A program made the position numbers and the translations under genes. The notes beneath the pieces are model-generated. The model was not told where the DNA came from, did not search any database, and was given only the letters and a program-made list of their open reading frames with translations. Of a stretch of DNA of 64,000 nucleotides, positions 47,894-56,984 are shown piece by piece. Origin of the DNA: an uncultured Bacteroidales bacterium (GTDB taxonomy: Bacteria > Bacteroidota > Bacteroidia > Bacteroidales > UBA10428); the NCBI GenBank assembly GCA_964634105.1, contig CAZWIU010000009.1, positions 263 through 64,262 of the forward strand. Reading direction: 5' to 3'. Each line of letters opens with the position of its first letter. Positions within the stretch are counted from its first letter, which is position 1.

Positions 47894-48637
47894 ATGAAAA
47901 TGATACCCTATACCCTGCTTAGAAGATTTAAATATGCCATCTTTCGTGGGTTAAAATATTGTCTCCTGGCGCTTGGCATTGTCATGTTACTAGCTATACT
48001 CCTGAGCTTCACCGATTATCCTTTTTGGGCTTACTACTGGCTCGGGACGCATAATTCAGAAATGGAATCGGATCCCGATCTGATAGTCGTGATGGGGGGA
48101 GGAGGAATGCCCAGTCCCGATGGTTTAATCCGGTGTTATTACGCTGCAGAAACAGGTACACAATATCCTCAGGCGGGAATTATTATTGCCGTTCCGGCAG
48201 ATACAGGCCTTCATGAGGAATCACCTGAATTATTAATGGCCAGGGAGCTTATAATCCGGGGAATAGACAGCTCCAGAATAAGGTATGAGAAGAATGGATA
48301 CAATACACGGACCCAGGCAATAAATATTCTGTCAGTTGTTGGAATGGAAGCAGCGGATACGATTTCTGTAAGAATCATTACTTCTCCTGAGCATATGATG
48401 CGATCGGTGGCAACTTTCAGGAAAGCCGGGTTTAAGTACGTTGGCGGAATGTCTTCCTTTGAGAAAGCGATTACAGAAGAAATGCTTTTGAGGAAACGTG
48501 GAGACAGGCATGATATTGAAGATGAGAAACAGGCTCTTGCCATCAGATACAACATGTGGAACTATCTTAAATATGAGATTACTGTATTGCGCGAGTATTG
48601 CGCTATATGTTATTATAAATGCAGGGGATGGATGTGA
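47894..48637 (+). CDS. YdcF/DUF218-family protein with N-terminal membrane anchor
   Basis: 247 aa. One TM segment (CLLALGIVMLLAILL), then the DUF218-like core (DLIVVMGGGGMPSPDGLIR..., IITSPEHMMRS). Confidence 0.7.
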   Translation: MKMIPYTLLRRFKYAIFRGLKYCLLALGIVMLLAILLSFTDYPFWAYYWLGTHNSEMESDPDLIVVMGGGGMPSPDGLIRCYYAAETGTQYPQAGIIIAVPADTGLHEESPELLMARELIIRGIDSSRIRYEKNGYNTRTQAINILSVVGMEAADTISVRIITSPEHMMRSVATFRKAGFKYVGGMSSFEKAITEEMLLRKRGDRHDIEDEKQALAIRYNMWNYLKYEITVLREYCAICYYKCRGWM

Positions 48638-48766
48638 GTCGTTTCAGTTCTTTCCAGATCACTGTTTTCATCGCAAAACTCACTGCAATAAACATCAAAG
48701 AATATCATTGCTGTCCGGGTAAAACGAATGGATAATCCTAACGTATGGTTATAGCAAGAGTTATTT

Positions 48767-48942
48767 GCATTTTTGATTTAGTGGGCTCAAACAATTAAAA
48801 TTAGAATTAATGCCACAAGGAAACTACGACACAATGGTTTCACAAATATGCAACAGGCTAAAAATAAACTTCTTAGTGTTTTCTTTGAGCCTTGGTGATT
48901 TAGTGGCATATAAATTTTTTAACTTTTACCGGACAACAGTGA
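48767..48942. repeat. Dispersed 176-bp repeat, copy B
   Basis: Same orientation as 1..176 and about 97% identical to it. Ends 33 nt before the proposed GTG start of mutS2. Confidence 0.9.
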
Positions 48943-48975
48943 AAGAATATATTTTTGCATTCAAAATTGATACCT

Positions 48976-51456
48976 GTGATTTTACCTGCTTCATTCGAAA
49001 ATAAACTCGGCTTCGATCGCATCCGGCAGTTGATCATGGAAAATTGTCTGTGTGAATTAGGGAGAAAGAGAGTACGCGAAATATCCTTTGAATCGTCCTT
49101 AAATATCGTCGATCATGAGCTCTGCCTGACCGACGATCTCCGCAAAATTCTGTTGTTTGAGGAACACTTTCCACAGGAGAACTACCTGGATGTTACGGAA
49201 TGTCTGAGAAAGATCAGGGTGGAGGGCACCTACCCGGAAATCCAGGAATTGAACGACTTACGAAGATCGACCGCTACTTTCAGGGAGCTGGAAAGGTTCT
49301 TTTCTTCACAGGATATCAGGGAGAAATATCCGGTCGTCTGCAATGAATTTGCCGGATTGAAGTTCTTTCCGGTTGTCGGTAAACGTATCGATTTAGTCCT
49401 GACTCAGCAAGGGCAGGTGAAAGACAATGCTTCAGCCGAATTAAAAACGATACGTGAGCAGATGAAACAGAAGCAGGTTATGGTAGCCCGGCGTATCCAG
49501 AATATATTACGTTCAGCGCAGAAGGATGGGCTTATTGAAGCCGATGCTGAAATAACATTACGTAACGGCCGGCCCGTGATTCCGGTTCCGTCCAATAATA
49601 AACGCAAACTTGGAGGCCTGGTGCACGACGAATCCTCTACGGGAAAAACAGTATTTATAGAACCCGGAGCTGTGGTGGAACTCAATAACGAATTAAGGGA
49701 GCTTGAATATGCCGAACGCCGCGAGATCATTAAGATCCTGATACATTTTGCCGATGATATCCGTCCCTATAACGACGATCTGCTGGCCCTGTTTGACCTG
49801 CTGGGCAAACTGGATTTCCTCCGGGCTAAAGCAAAAACTGCTATAAAGATAAATGCAGTAAAACCGATATTGAGCGATAAAAACTATTTTCGTTGGAAGA
49901 GAGCTGTTCATCCATTGCTTTATCTTACCCATGCAGCCGAAGGGAAAGAGGTTGTCCCGCTCGACATACAACTTGATCACAATCACAGAATATTAATTAT
50001 TTCGGGACCCAATGCAGGAGGGAAATCAGTCTGTCTTAAAACTGTAGGATTGTTGCAATACATGCTGCAATGCGGAATGCTGGTGCCTCTTTCGGAAAAT
50101 TCGGAATGTTGTTTATTCAATAAGATCTTCATCGACATTGGCGATGAGCAATCGCTCGAAAACGATTTAAGCACGTATAGCAGTCACCTGCTAAATATGA
50201 AGCAATTCATCCGCTCGGCCGACCAGCACACCTTGATTCTCATAGATGAATTCGGGACAGGTACCGAACCTGCCCTGGGAGGGGCAATAGCCGAAGCCAT
50301 CCTGGAAGAGTATGTCAGGAAAGGAAGCTATGGTGTAATAACGACCCATTACACCAACCTGAAGCACTTCGCATCGGAGACTGAAGGAGTTATTAATGGG
50401 GCCATGCTTTTTGATACACAACGTATCAAGCCCTTGTATCAACTAGCCATTGGTAAGCCGGGAAGCTCCTTTGCCATTGATATTGCACGGAGCATCGGGT
50501 TGCCGGAAGAGATACTGAAAAGTGCAGCGTCGAAACTAGGGGAGGATTATATCAACTCGGAAAAATACCTGAGGGAAATATTACGCGATAAGAAGTATCT
50601 CGAAGAAAAGCGGCATCGCATCCGTAAGGTTGAACGTACCCTCGACGATCTTTATGCGAATTACAGCGACGAGTTGGAATCAATACAGAAAGAACGGAAG
50701 AAAATCCTTAATGAAGCGCGTGCACAGGCGAAGGAAATACTTAACGATACAAATAAAATTATTGAAAAGACCATCCGTGAAATTAGGGAGAGCAGCGCCG
50801 ATAAATTAAAAACACGGGAAGCCAGGGAGCAGGTTGATGGATTCAGGCAGAGGCTGGAAGACGATGAAATGAAAAGCGATACTTATGATCAAAAGATCAG
50901 CGAACTTGAGCAGGCGGGCAAGCGGCTTGCCAAGCACAGTACGGAAATAGAGCGCCCAAAAATAAGTGAAAAGAAAATTAAATCTAAAGCAGACTCACCC
51001 CTGGAGGTGGGAGACCGTGTAACATTAAAGGGATTCGATACAGTTGGGGAGATCATGGAAGTTCATGACAAAACACTTCTCGTATCCTTCGGCAATATGG
51101 TCACAAGCATTGAGCGTTCGAAAGTAGAGAGAGCTTCCGGCGATAACACGACAAAGAATCAGAAAAAGCAACAAGTTATTGTCAGCGACCTGAGCGAGAG
51201 GAAGCTGAAATTCAAACCGGAAATCGATGTCAGGGGAAAGCGGGCAAACGAAGCTCTCGAGATTGTCCGTAACCTGGTGGATGATGCATTGTTGGTCGGG
51301 GTCCGAAATCTGCAGATACTTCATGGGAAGGGTGACGGTATACTTCGACAATTGATCCGCGATTATCTTAACTCGTTAAATGTAGTAAAAAAACTGAGCG
51401 ATGCCCATGCCGACCGCGGTGGGCCGGGGATCACGCTGGTTGAGTTGGATTTTTAA
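48976..51456 (+). CDS. mutS2: Endonuclease MutS2 (MutS ATPase plus C-terminal Smr)
   Basis: Walker A (GPNAGGKS), DEFGTGTEP, a coiled-coil region and a C-terminal Smr domain (DVRGKRANEAL...LQILHGKGDGILR). There is no in-frame ATG. The GTG at 48976 gives MILPASFENKLGFDRIRQLI, which fits my recollection of MutS2 N-termini. TTG at 48955 and 48967 are alternatives. Confidence 0.9.
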   Translation: MILPASFENKLGFDRIRQLIMENCLCELGRKRVREISFESSLNIVDHELCLTDDLRKILLFEEHFPQENYLDVTECLRKIRVEGTYPEIQELNDLRRSTATFRELERFFSSQDIREKYPVVCNEFAGLKFFPVVGKRIDLVLTQQGQVKDNASAELKTIREQMKQKQVMVARRIQNILRSAQKDGLIEADAEITLRNGRPVIPVPSNNKRKLGGLVHDESSTGKTVFIEPGAVVELNNELRELEYAERREIIKILIHFADDIRPYNDDLLALFDLLGKLDFLRAKAKTAIKINAVKPILSDKNYFRWKRAVHPLLYLTHAAEGKEVVPLDIQLDHNHRILIISGPNAGGKSVCLKTVGLLQYMLQCGMLVPLSENSECCLFNKIFIDIGDEQSLENDLSTYSSHLLNMKQFIRSADQHTLILIDEFGTGTEPALGGAIAEAILEEYVRKGSYGVITTHYTNLKHFASETEGVINGAMLFDTQRIKPLYQLAIGKPGSSFAIDIARSIGLPEEILKSAASKLGEDYINSEKYLREILRDKKYLEEKRHRIRKVERTLDDLYANYSDELESIQKERKKILNEARAQAKEILNDTNKIIEKTIREIRESSADKLKTREAREQVDGFRQRLEDDEMKSDTYDQKISELEQAGKRLAKHSTEIERPKISEKKIKSKADSPLEVGDRVTLKGFDTVGEIMEVHDKTLLVSFGNMVTSIERSKVERASGDNTTKNQKKQQVIVSDLSERKLKFKPEIDVRGKRANEALEIVRNLVDDALLVGVRNLQILHGKGDGILRQLIRDYLNSLNVVKKLSDAHADRGGPGITLVELDF

Positions 51457-51612
51457 AATCTTTATGTCTCAGATCTAATTAATGTATGAGTTGTATGTTT
51501 ATGTACTCACCCCCAATTTAGTCCAGAGGTATGGTTTAACATCCAGTCAAGCTATAACCTAATATAAAACTGCGTGGATGTACAAAAATTTTAATATTCA
51601 ACAATTTTCATT

Positions 51613-51904
51613 CTCTGTGTCCTTTATGAATACCTCCGTGTTCTCGGTGGTTTGATGATTTAGAGACTGTCTGAAAAATTTCTATCATGCATAGTATCAA
51701 AAAAATTTATTGATATCATATTAATAACTACATTCGGCTTATGACCAGAGAATCATAGTGTAACCTTGGTGTCCCGAATCATTCGGGATCGAGTCTTTGT
51801 GGCTATACTTTTTTGCCACTAAAACTCAACGACACAAGGAATCACCCAAACTTAGACAGTCTCTTAAAATTATTAACCACAGAAAATAAATGAGATCACA
51901 GAGG
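51613..51904. repeat. Nested inverted-repeat locus related to the 176-bp repeat family
   Basis: The outer imperfect inverted repeat pairs CTCTGTGTCC...CTCCGTGTTCTCGGTGGTT (51613..51652) with AACCACAGAAAATAAATGAGATCACAGAGG (51875..51904). The inner perfect 11-bp inverted repeat pairs AGAGACTGTCT (51662..51672) with AGACAGTCTCT (51854..51864). The core hairpin is CCTTGGTGTC...TGTGGC / GCCAC...GACACAAGG (51764..51839), and it reuses the motifs of the 176-bp repeat. Confidence 0.65.
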
Positions 51905-51942
51905 CTTTTAGGCGGCCTTGAATCAAAGGAGCTGATTAAAAA

Positions 51943-52071
51943 ATGAAATCTTTGAAATACCCGAAAATTAAGAGAATAGCCTGTTCATTAAGAAGAAGGC
52001 AAACGCCAGCTGAAAAAATCTTCTGGAAGGAATCGCCTCTAAAGATAAGAACTACATCTGAAAATTGTTAA
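51943..52071 (+). pseudogene. Truncated DUF559 (endonuclease-domain) N-terminal remnant
   Basis: The 42-codon ORF MKSLKYPKIKRIACSLRRRQTPAEKIFWKESPLKIRTTSENC contains the LR..QTPAEK.FW string I associate with DUF559 N-termini. It stops before the nuclease core. Confidence 0.35.
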
Positions 52072-52228
52072 TTACTATTATTCTCCTGAATTGATTATTT
52101 TTATAGTAATCTGTATTTTTATTTCTTTATAATGTCACATAATTAAATTGTGTTCGTATATACTAACTAAACTTTGGAGTAAGCCGAAAATCCGTCAAAG
52201 AGTAGGCAATACCTAATACCTTATATGA

Positions 52229-52639
52229 ATGAAAAAAGCAACATTATTTTTATCGATGGGATTGTCAGTATTGTTTCTCCTCAATTCCTGCACAAAAGAA
52301 GAAACTGACGACCGCGATGATTTTGTAGGTTCGTGGAGACTACATGAAACCTATACAATTACCGGCTGGGGTACCGGCACTGAGGATTACAATATTACTA
52401 TTACTAAATCATCAGCAGAGAGCAATAAAATATTGATATCCAATTTTGGGAATGTTGATGCTGGTTTTGTTGTTGATGCAACAGTGAGCGGAAATAGCTT
52501 TACAATTTCTACTTCTGTTACATATGATGGCGATGTTTTTAGTATTACGGGATCAGGTAGTCTGAGTAATGGCCAATTAAATCTTAATTATAATATTTCA
52601 GGATACTGGAGTGGTGTTTGTACCGGAACAAAGATGTAA
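52229..52639 (+). CDS. Small lipoprotein (lipocalin-like), probable surface-exposed
   Basis: 136 aa with a lipobox (LLNSC) followed by an acidic stretch (TKEETDDRDD) that resembles the Bacteroidota lipoprotein export signal. FVGSWRL is a lipocalin-like start. Confidence 0.6.
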   Translation: MKKATLFLSMGLSVLFLLNSCTKEETDDRDDFVGSWRLHETYTITGWGTGTEDYNITITKSSAESNKILISNFGNVDAGFVVDATVSGNSFTISTSVTYDGDVFSITGSGSLSNGQLNLNYNISGYWSGVCTGTKM

Positions 52640-52660
52640 AAATACTTGGGCTCAAAGTTA

Positions 52661-52691
52661 GGGCTGTCTTCTTCAAGGGCAGCCTTTTTTT
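52661..52691 (+). terminator. Rho-independent terminator after the lipoprotein gene
   Basis: GGGCTGTCTT (52661..52670) pairs with AAGGGCAGCC (52675..52684) with one bulge and the loop CTTC, followed by T7 (52685..52691). Confidence 0.6.
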
Positions 52692-52751
52692 GTTTCTGTA
52701 TGCTTTGAATGTTTTTTGATATGGCTTACATTTGGCAGATATACCTGTTAC

Positions 52752-54062
52752 ATGTCAACCATTTTGGTCTATACAAAAAGCATAAATCCCCGCATTGAAT
52801 ACGCGTTGAAAATTGTATTCCGCGTTGTATTGGGAATCGACTTCAGTATTATATTAAAGAAAGAAGAATTTATCGGTCAGCAGGGTATTAAAATCAATTA
52901 CTCTGAAGAAGAGGTCCCGTCTTCTCTTCAGGTCATGCCATGCGGTTTGCTTAACGAAAATACCATTCACCCCCAGACTATTAATGTCTCATCCTGGAAT
53001 GAATTACCAATAATCTTTCAGACTAACAATCCTCAGGTACCTTTCGATCTGTTTTCAGCTGTATTCTATCTCGTAACAAGGTATGAAGAATACCTGCCTT
53101 TCGAGACCGACCAACACGGAAGATTTGAAGCCGGAAAAAGTGTTGCAGCACGCGAAAACTTCCTGCGTATTCCTATTGTGGATCTCTGGTGCATCGCGCT
53201 GGCAAAGCAATTAGGCATTGCCGATAGATGTTCGAATATACAATCGAATAACTATTCTTTTAAAGTCACTGTCGATGTTGATGTTCCATGGAGTTTCAGG
53301 AATAAAGGATTGGTTTATTCTGTGGGATCTGTACTACGAGATTTGTTTACGGGCCGGTTCAGGAATTGTGTACATCGTATTTCGGTCATCACAGGTTTGA
53401 GAAACGATCCCGGAGATAATTATAAATTGCTTGAACAAACTGAAAAACGGATCGGCCATTCAATACGCTATTTTATTCTTTGCAGGAAGTATGATACAAA
53501 TCATAAGAATCTATCGATTGGCAGGAGTTCATTTCATAAATTACTTGAACAACTCGACCGCAAGAAGAAAGTGAGTATACATCCTTCCTTTGCTTCATCA
53601 GAAAATTCTGCATTGCTTAAAGAAGAAATAGATTATCTCTCGGGGGTATTGGACAGAAAAATTGATGCGAGCCGACAGCATTATTTACGTTTATTTTTCC
53701 CAGGTACGTACCAAAAGCTCATTGAACATGGTATTCTTGCTGATTTCTCCATGGGGTATGCCTCGCAAACAGGTTTCAGGGCAGGAATAGCCCGTTCCTT
53801 TAATTATTATGACCTGTCGACCGAACAAGAAACCAGACTGCGTATTTACCCATTTCAGGTGATGGACAGGACCTTATTAAGTTATTTGAAGTTATCGCCT
53901 GAAGCGGCTGTTCAGGAATTTGATTATTATACAAATATTATCCGCTCAGTCGGGGGTGAGTTCATTTGTCTATGGCACAACGACAGTCTTTGTGATTACG
54001 GAGAGTGGAAAGGATGGAGAAAGGTGTTTGAAAATACGATTGAAATGAATGAGTACATATGA
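52752..54062 (+). CDS. Conserved hypothetical protein (possibly polysaccharide-deacetylase-like)
   Basis: About 436 aa from ATG 52752 (MSTILVYTKSINPRIEYALKIVF...). The strings FDLFSAVFYLVTRYEEYLPFETDQHGRF resemble a family I recall as annotated polysaccharide deacetylase family in Bacteroidota. This is unverified. Confidence 0.6.
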   Translation: MSTILVYTKSINPRIEYALKIVFRVVLGIDFSIILKKEEFIGQQGIKINYSEEEVPSSLQVMPCGLLNENTIHPQTINVSSWNELPIIFQTNNPQVPFDLFSAVFYLVTRYEEYLPFETDQHGRFEAGKSVAARENFLRIPIVDLWCIALAKQLGIADRCSNIQSNNYSFKVTVDVDVPWSFRNKGLVYSVGSVLRDLFTGRFRNCVHRISVITGLRNDPGDNYKLLEQTEKRIGHSIRYFILCRKYDTNHKNLSIGRSSFHKLLEQLDRKKKVSIHPSFASSENSALLKEEIDYLSGVLDRKIDASRQHYLRLFFPGTYQKLIEHGILADFSMGYASQTGFRAGIARSFNYYDLSTEQETRLRIYPFQVMDRTLLSYLKLSPEAAVQEFDYYTNIIRSVGGEFICLWHNDSLCDYGEWKGWRKVFENTIEMNEYI

Positions 54063-54949
54063 TACGGTACCTGCCACATAATGAAATCGATAAAGCTCGC
54101 TGGGATCGATGCATTGAGGGTGCATCCAACAGAATAATATATGCTCTTTCATGGTATCTCGATATTGTTAGTCCGGGTTGGGATGCATTGGTTAAAGACG
54201 ATTACGAATCGGTAATGCCGCTGACATGGAAAAAGAGATGGGGTTTAAAATACCTGGTACAGCCTGCATTTTGTCAACAATTAGGGGTATTTACAAATAC
54301 CATGGAAATTATTGGTATCGACGACTTTATTATGCATATACCCAGAGAATTTCTGCGATTCCGAATTCAGCTTAATAAATCAAATTCAATAACTAATAGA
54401 AAAATTAAAACGGTAAACAAAATAAACTTCGAGTTAGAACTTCGGGAATCCTATTCTAGTTTGTTTAATAATTTTTCAGGTAATCACAAAAAGAATATTA
54501 AAAACGGAAGAAACAAGAATATTACTATAGAAAAAACATCAGATCTGACATCATTTTTCAATTTTTTCACTGCTAACCATATCAATAAATTCAAGTTGGG
54601 TGAGAAGGCTTATGAGGTTCTTGAAAAAATACTATATGTAATGCAGTCAAGGAACTGCTATGAATTATACTTTGCCTATTCCGATAATGGAAAGCCAGCC
54701 GGTGCAATTTATCTCATAAAAGAATTCGATCGATGGATTTTACTAATTACCGTAGCTGATGAACAGGGGAAAAGAAAAAAGGCTGTATACCTTCTTCTTG
54801 ACCATTTCATTCATATCCATGCAGGGAGTAATGAAATCCTCGATTTTGAAGGATCTACGTTAAAAGGAGTAGCAGAGTTTTTTAAGGGTTTTGGAGCAGA
54901 AGCGTTTAGCTATTTGTATATCTCAGGTAGCCGTCTTCCGCTCTTCTGA
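54059..54949 (+). CDS. Hypothetical protein, FemAB/GNAT-like acyltransferase candidate
   Basis: 296 aa with an ATGA start/stop overlap with the upstream gene. The N-terminal string IDKARWDRCIEGASNRIIYALSWYLDIVSPGWDALV and the C-terminal half (GAIYLIKEFDRWILL...) resemble a GNAT-fold family. Confidence in the function is low. Confidence 0.55.
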   Translation: MIRYLPHNEIDKARWDRCIEGASNRIIYALSWYLDIVSPGWDALVKDDYESVMPLTWKKRWGLKYLVQPAFCQQLGVFTNTMEIIGIDDFIMHIPREFLRFRIQLNKSNSITNRKIKTVNKINFELELRESYSSLFNNFSGNHKKNIKNGRNKNITIEKTSDLTSFFNFFTANHINKFKLGEKAYEVLEKILYVMQSRNCYELYFAYSDNGKPAGAIYLIKEFDRWILLITVADEQGKRKKAVYLLLDHFIHIHAGSNEILDFEGSTLKGVAEFFKGFGAEAFSYLYISGSRLPLF

Positions 54950-55023
54950 TTCTGTTTATGAAGTGTACCCGCTGCTGATGATCTTTTATAAAATGTTTCC
55001 GGTTGCAAACAGAGAATATGTTC

Positions 55024-55746
55024 TCAGGATTTCTTTTTTTTGAAACGTATTACCAGGAGTATGCCTGCTAATATAATGACTGTGCCCAGTATAAAAATCC
55101 ACCAGTTGAATTCTCTGGGGATGTACTTATAGGCAATATCATTCAAAGCAGGATTATCAGTAGAGCTGAAAATTTCAGAAAAAGAAAAATACTGAAGCAA
55201 ATAGCTTGTATAATCCCATGTATATGATATTATAACAACTACCGATCCAACAATCAAGAATATCCATGACAGGATTCCGATTCTTATCGTTTTGCGTTTT
55301 TCTTCACGAATAATGATCAGCAAACTCAGCCAGATCATTAAGAAAGCTAATATTACCGGTGTAATTACCGGGCCAACCCAGGTTACGGGGATCATAAAGA
55401 GGATATCCCATGTAAGAAGGGACTCGGGCCAGTTTACAAGGATTTTCAAAAACACGTAATAAAAGATATCCCAGAGTGCAAAGCTGTAGAGGAAGTAAGC
55501 GAATTTCTGCTGGTTAGAGTTACCCGCAATTATTGCAACGGCGATAAGCATGAGTATGGTTGCAGCTTCACGTCCGATTTCAGTGAGAATAATTGATTTA
55601 TCAACAGGATTTAACGGGAAATCAAAACCATAGGGATAGTATTTAATCCGCAGGTAAACAACCACTACACTTTCAAGGTAGGCCATCGCAATGCTGTAGA
55701 TGGTTACCCATACCAGGGTACGCTGCCATGAAAGCTTATTGCTCAT
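55024..55746 (-). CDS. Hypothetical polytopic membrane protein
   Basis: 240 aa with about 7 hydrophobic segments. Conserved-looking strings are AYLESVVVVYLR and LWDIFYYVFLK. It starts 15 nt downstream of tonB on the same strand. Confidence 0.6.
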   Translation of the reverse strand: MSNKLSWQRTLVWVTIYSIAMAYLESVVVVYLRIKYYPYGFDFPLNPVDKSIILTEIGREAATILMLIAVAIIAGNSNQQKFAYFLYSFALWDIFYYVFLKILVNWPESLLTWDILFMIPVTWVGPVITPVILAFLMIWLSLLIIIREEKRKTIRIGILSWIFLIVGSVVVIISYTWDYTSYLLQYFSFSEIFSSTDNPALNDIAYKYIPREFNWWIFILGTVIILAGILLVIRFKKKKS

Positions 55747-55761
55747 AGGCTTTTGTATTAT

Positions 55762-56562
55762 TTAAAACCGGAAAATGTAGGTGATAGTTCCTTTTTGAAT
55801 GGGCTCTGCATCGGCTTTGCTGTCGAAACGGCTTTGAAGAGCCGCATTTTTAGCGACACTCAAGAGGTAACTGTCGACCGTTGTGGATCCCTTTACACCG
55901 GGCGTAGCGCTAACAACATTTCCATCCCGGTCAACCTTGATTTCGACCACAACCTTACCCTCTTTGTGCGTATCAACCTGTGGCAAGGGGAGTGAAAGCG
56001 CGTTACGGCCGGTCAGGAAGAAACCAGGACGGTTACCCGTACCACCACCTGTTCCATGGTAATCGGTTTCGGTTGAACCTTCCGGACTTCCCTGGTTGCC
56101 AGTGCCTCCTGCAACGCCCTCCGAACCTGTCGATTGTGTATTTTTCTTAGCGCCGGTATATAAGGTTTTAGGATCAATTTTGGGCTGTTCCTCCTTAACA
56201 GTTTCTTTTTTTTGATCCGTTTTCACTATTTCCTTTACAGGTTGTTCTTTTTTTTCCTCTTTTTTCTGCCTGGGCTTCTCCGCTTTTAGTGCAGGAGCTT
56301 CCTCATGCTGTTGTGTCATGATCCGCTCTTCTGTTTTTTCCACCACTTCCTGTTTAGGCTGCTGTTGTATTTGTTTGACCTTCTCGAACGATTGTACAGG
56401 TTCTTCCCTGCCTGATCCGGTTTCTTCATCACCGAAGTTGATCAGGATGCCTTCCTCACCGGGCAATGGCAGAGGGGTTCTGAATCCAAAGATCAGAAAA
56501 AGAATAAGTATGATTAGGTGAAAGAAAACAGTACCTATTAATCCCCTGTTATCGAAATTCAT
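55762..56562 (-). CDS. tonB: Energy transducer TonB
   Basis: 266 aa. N-terminal anchor, Pro/Lys/Glu-rich spacer (QQPKQEVVEKTEE...KKEEKKEQPVKE), and a C-terminal TonB domain (GKVVVEIKVDRDGNVVSA...GTITYIFRF). Confidence 0.8.
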   Translation of the reverse strand: MNFDNRGLIGTVFFHLIILILFLIFGFRTPLPLPGEEGILINFGDEETGSGREEPVQSFEKVKQIQQQPKQEVVEKTEERIMTQQHEEAPALKAEKPRQKKEEKKEQPVKEIVKTDQKKETVKEEQPKIDPKTLYTGAKKNTQSTGSEGVAGGTGNQGSPEGSTETDYHGTGGGTGNRPGFFLTGRNALSLPLPQVDTHKEGKVVVEIKVDRDGNVVSATPGVKGSTTVDSYLLSVAKNAALQSRFDSKADAEPIQKGTITYIFRF

Positions 56563-56579
56563 ATGCTGTTTTTTTCAGT

Positions 56580-56975
56580 TCAATCCTCGGGCGCTGTGGC
56601 CAAAATTACTTTATATTTATATTTTCTGGCAATATTCATCACTTTTACTACATGCTCTACCGGAACACTTTTATCGGTATGGAGGGCAATGGTCGGATCA
56701 GAAACCTTATCAAGTTCTTTCAGCAGCAAAGGCTCCAGTTGCTCAAACGAAACGCGGGTAGTACCCATATAATAATTCAGCCCGGCTGTGATTGAAATTG
56801 ATACCTGTGGCTTGGCAGGCGTCTGATTATTACTTTTAGGGAGCAGCAATTTTACGGCATTAGGAGCAATAAGTGTCGATGTAAGCATGAAGAAGATAAG
56901 CAAAAGGAATACCATGTCGGACATGGAAGCCATGCTGAATTCAATACTTGGTTTTGTAGTCCTCTTGAGTGCCAT
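56580..56975 (-). CDS. exbD: ExbD/TolR-family biopolymer transport protein
   Basis: 131 aa. Has the MSDMVFLLLIFFMLTS anchor and an ExbD periplasmic domain. Confidence 0.9.
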   Translation of the reverse strand: MALKRTTKPSIEFSMASMSDMVFLLLIFFMLTSTLIAPNAVKLLLPKSNNQTPAKPQVSISITAGLNYYMGTTRVSFEQLEPLLLKELDKVSDPTIALHTDKSVPVEHVVKVMNIARKYKYKVILATAPED

Positions 56976-56984
56976 CAGTAATGA

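Noticed and set aside
48810-49004. 64-aa ORF MPQGNYDTMVSQ... inside repeat copy B. The same frame is open in copy A from about position 44.
   Set aside because: The ORF runs out of the repeat into unrelated sequence in copy B and ends differently in copy A. The substitutions between copies show no synonymous bias. It is more likely non-coding repeat sequence.
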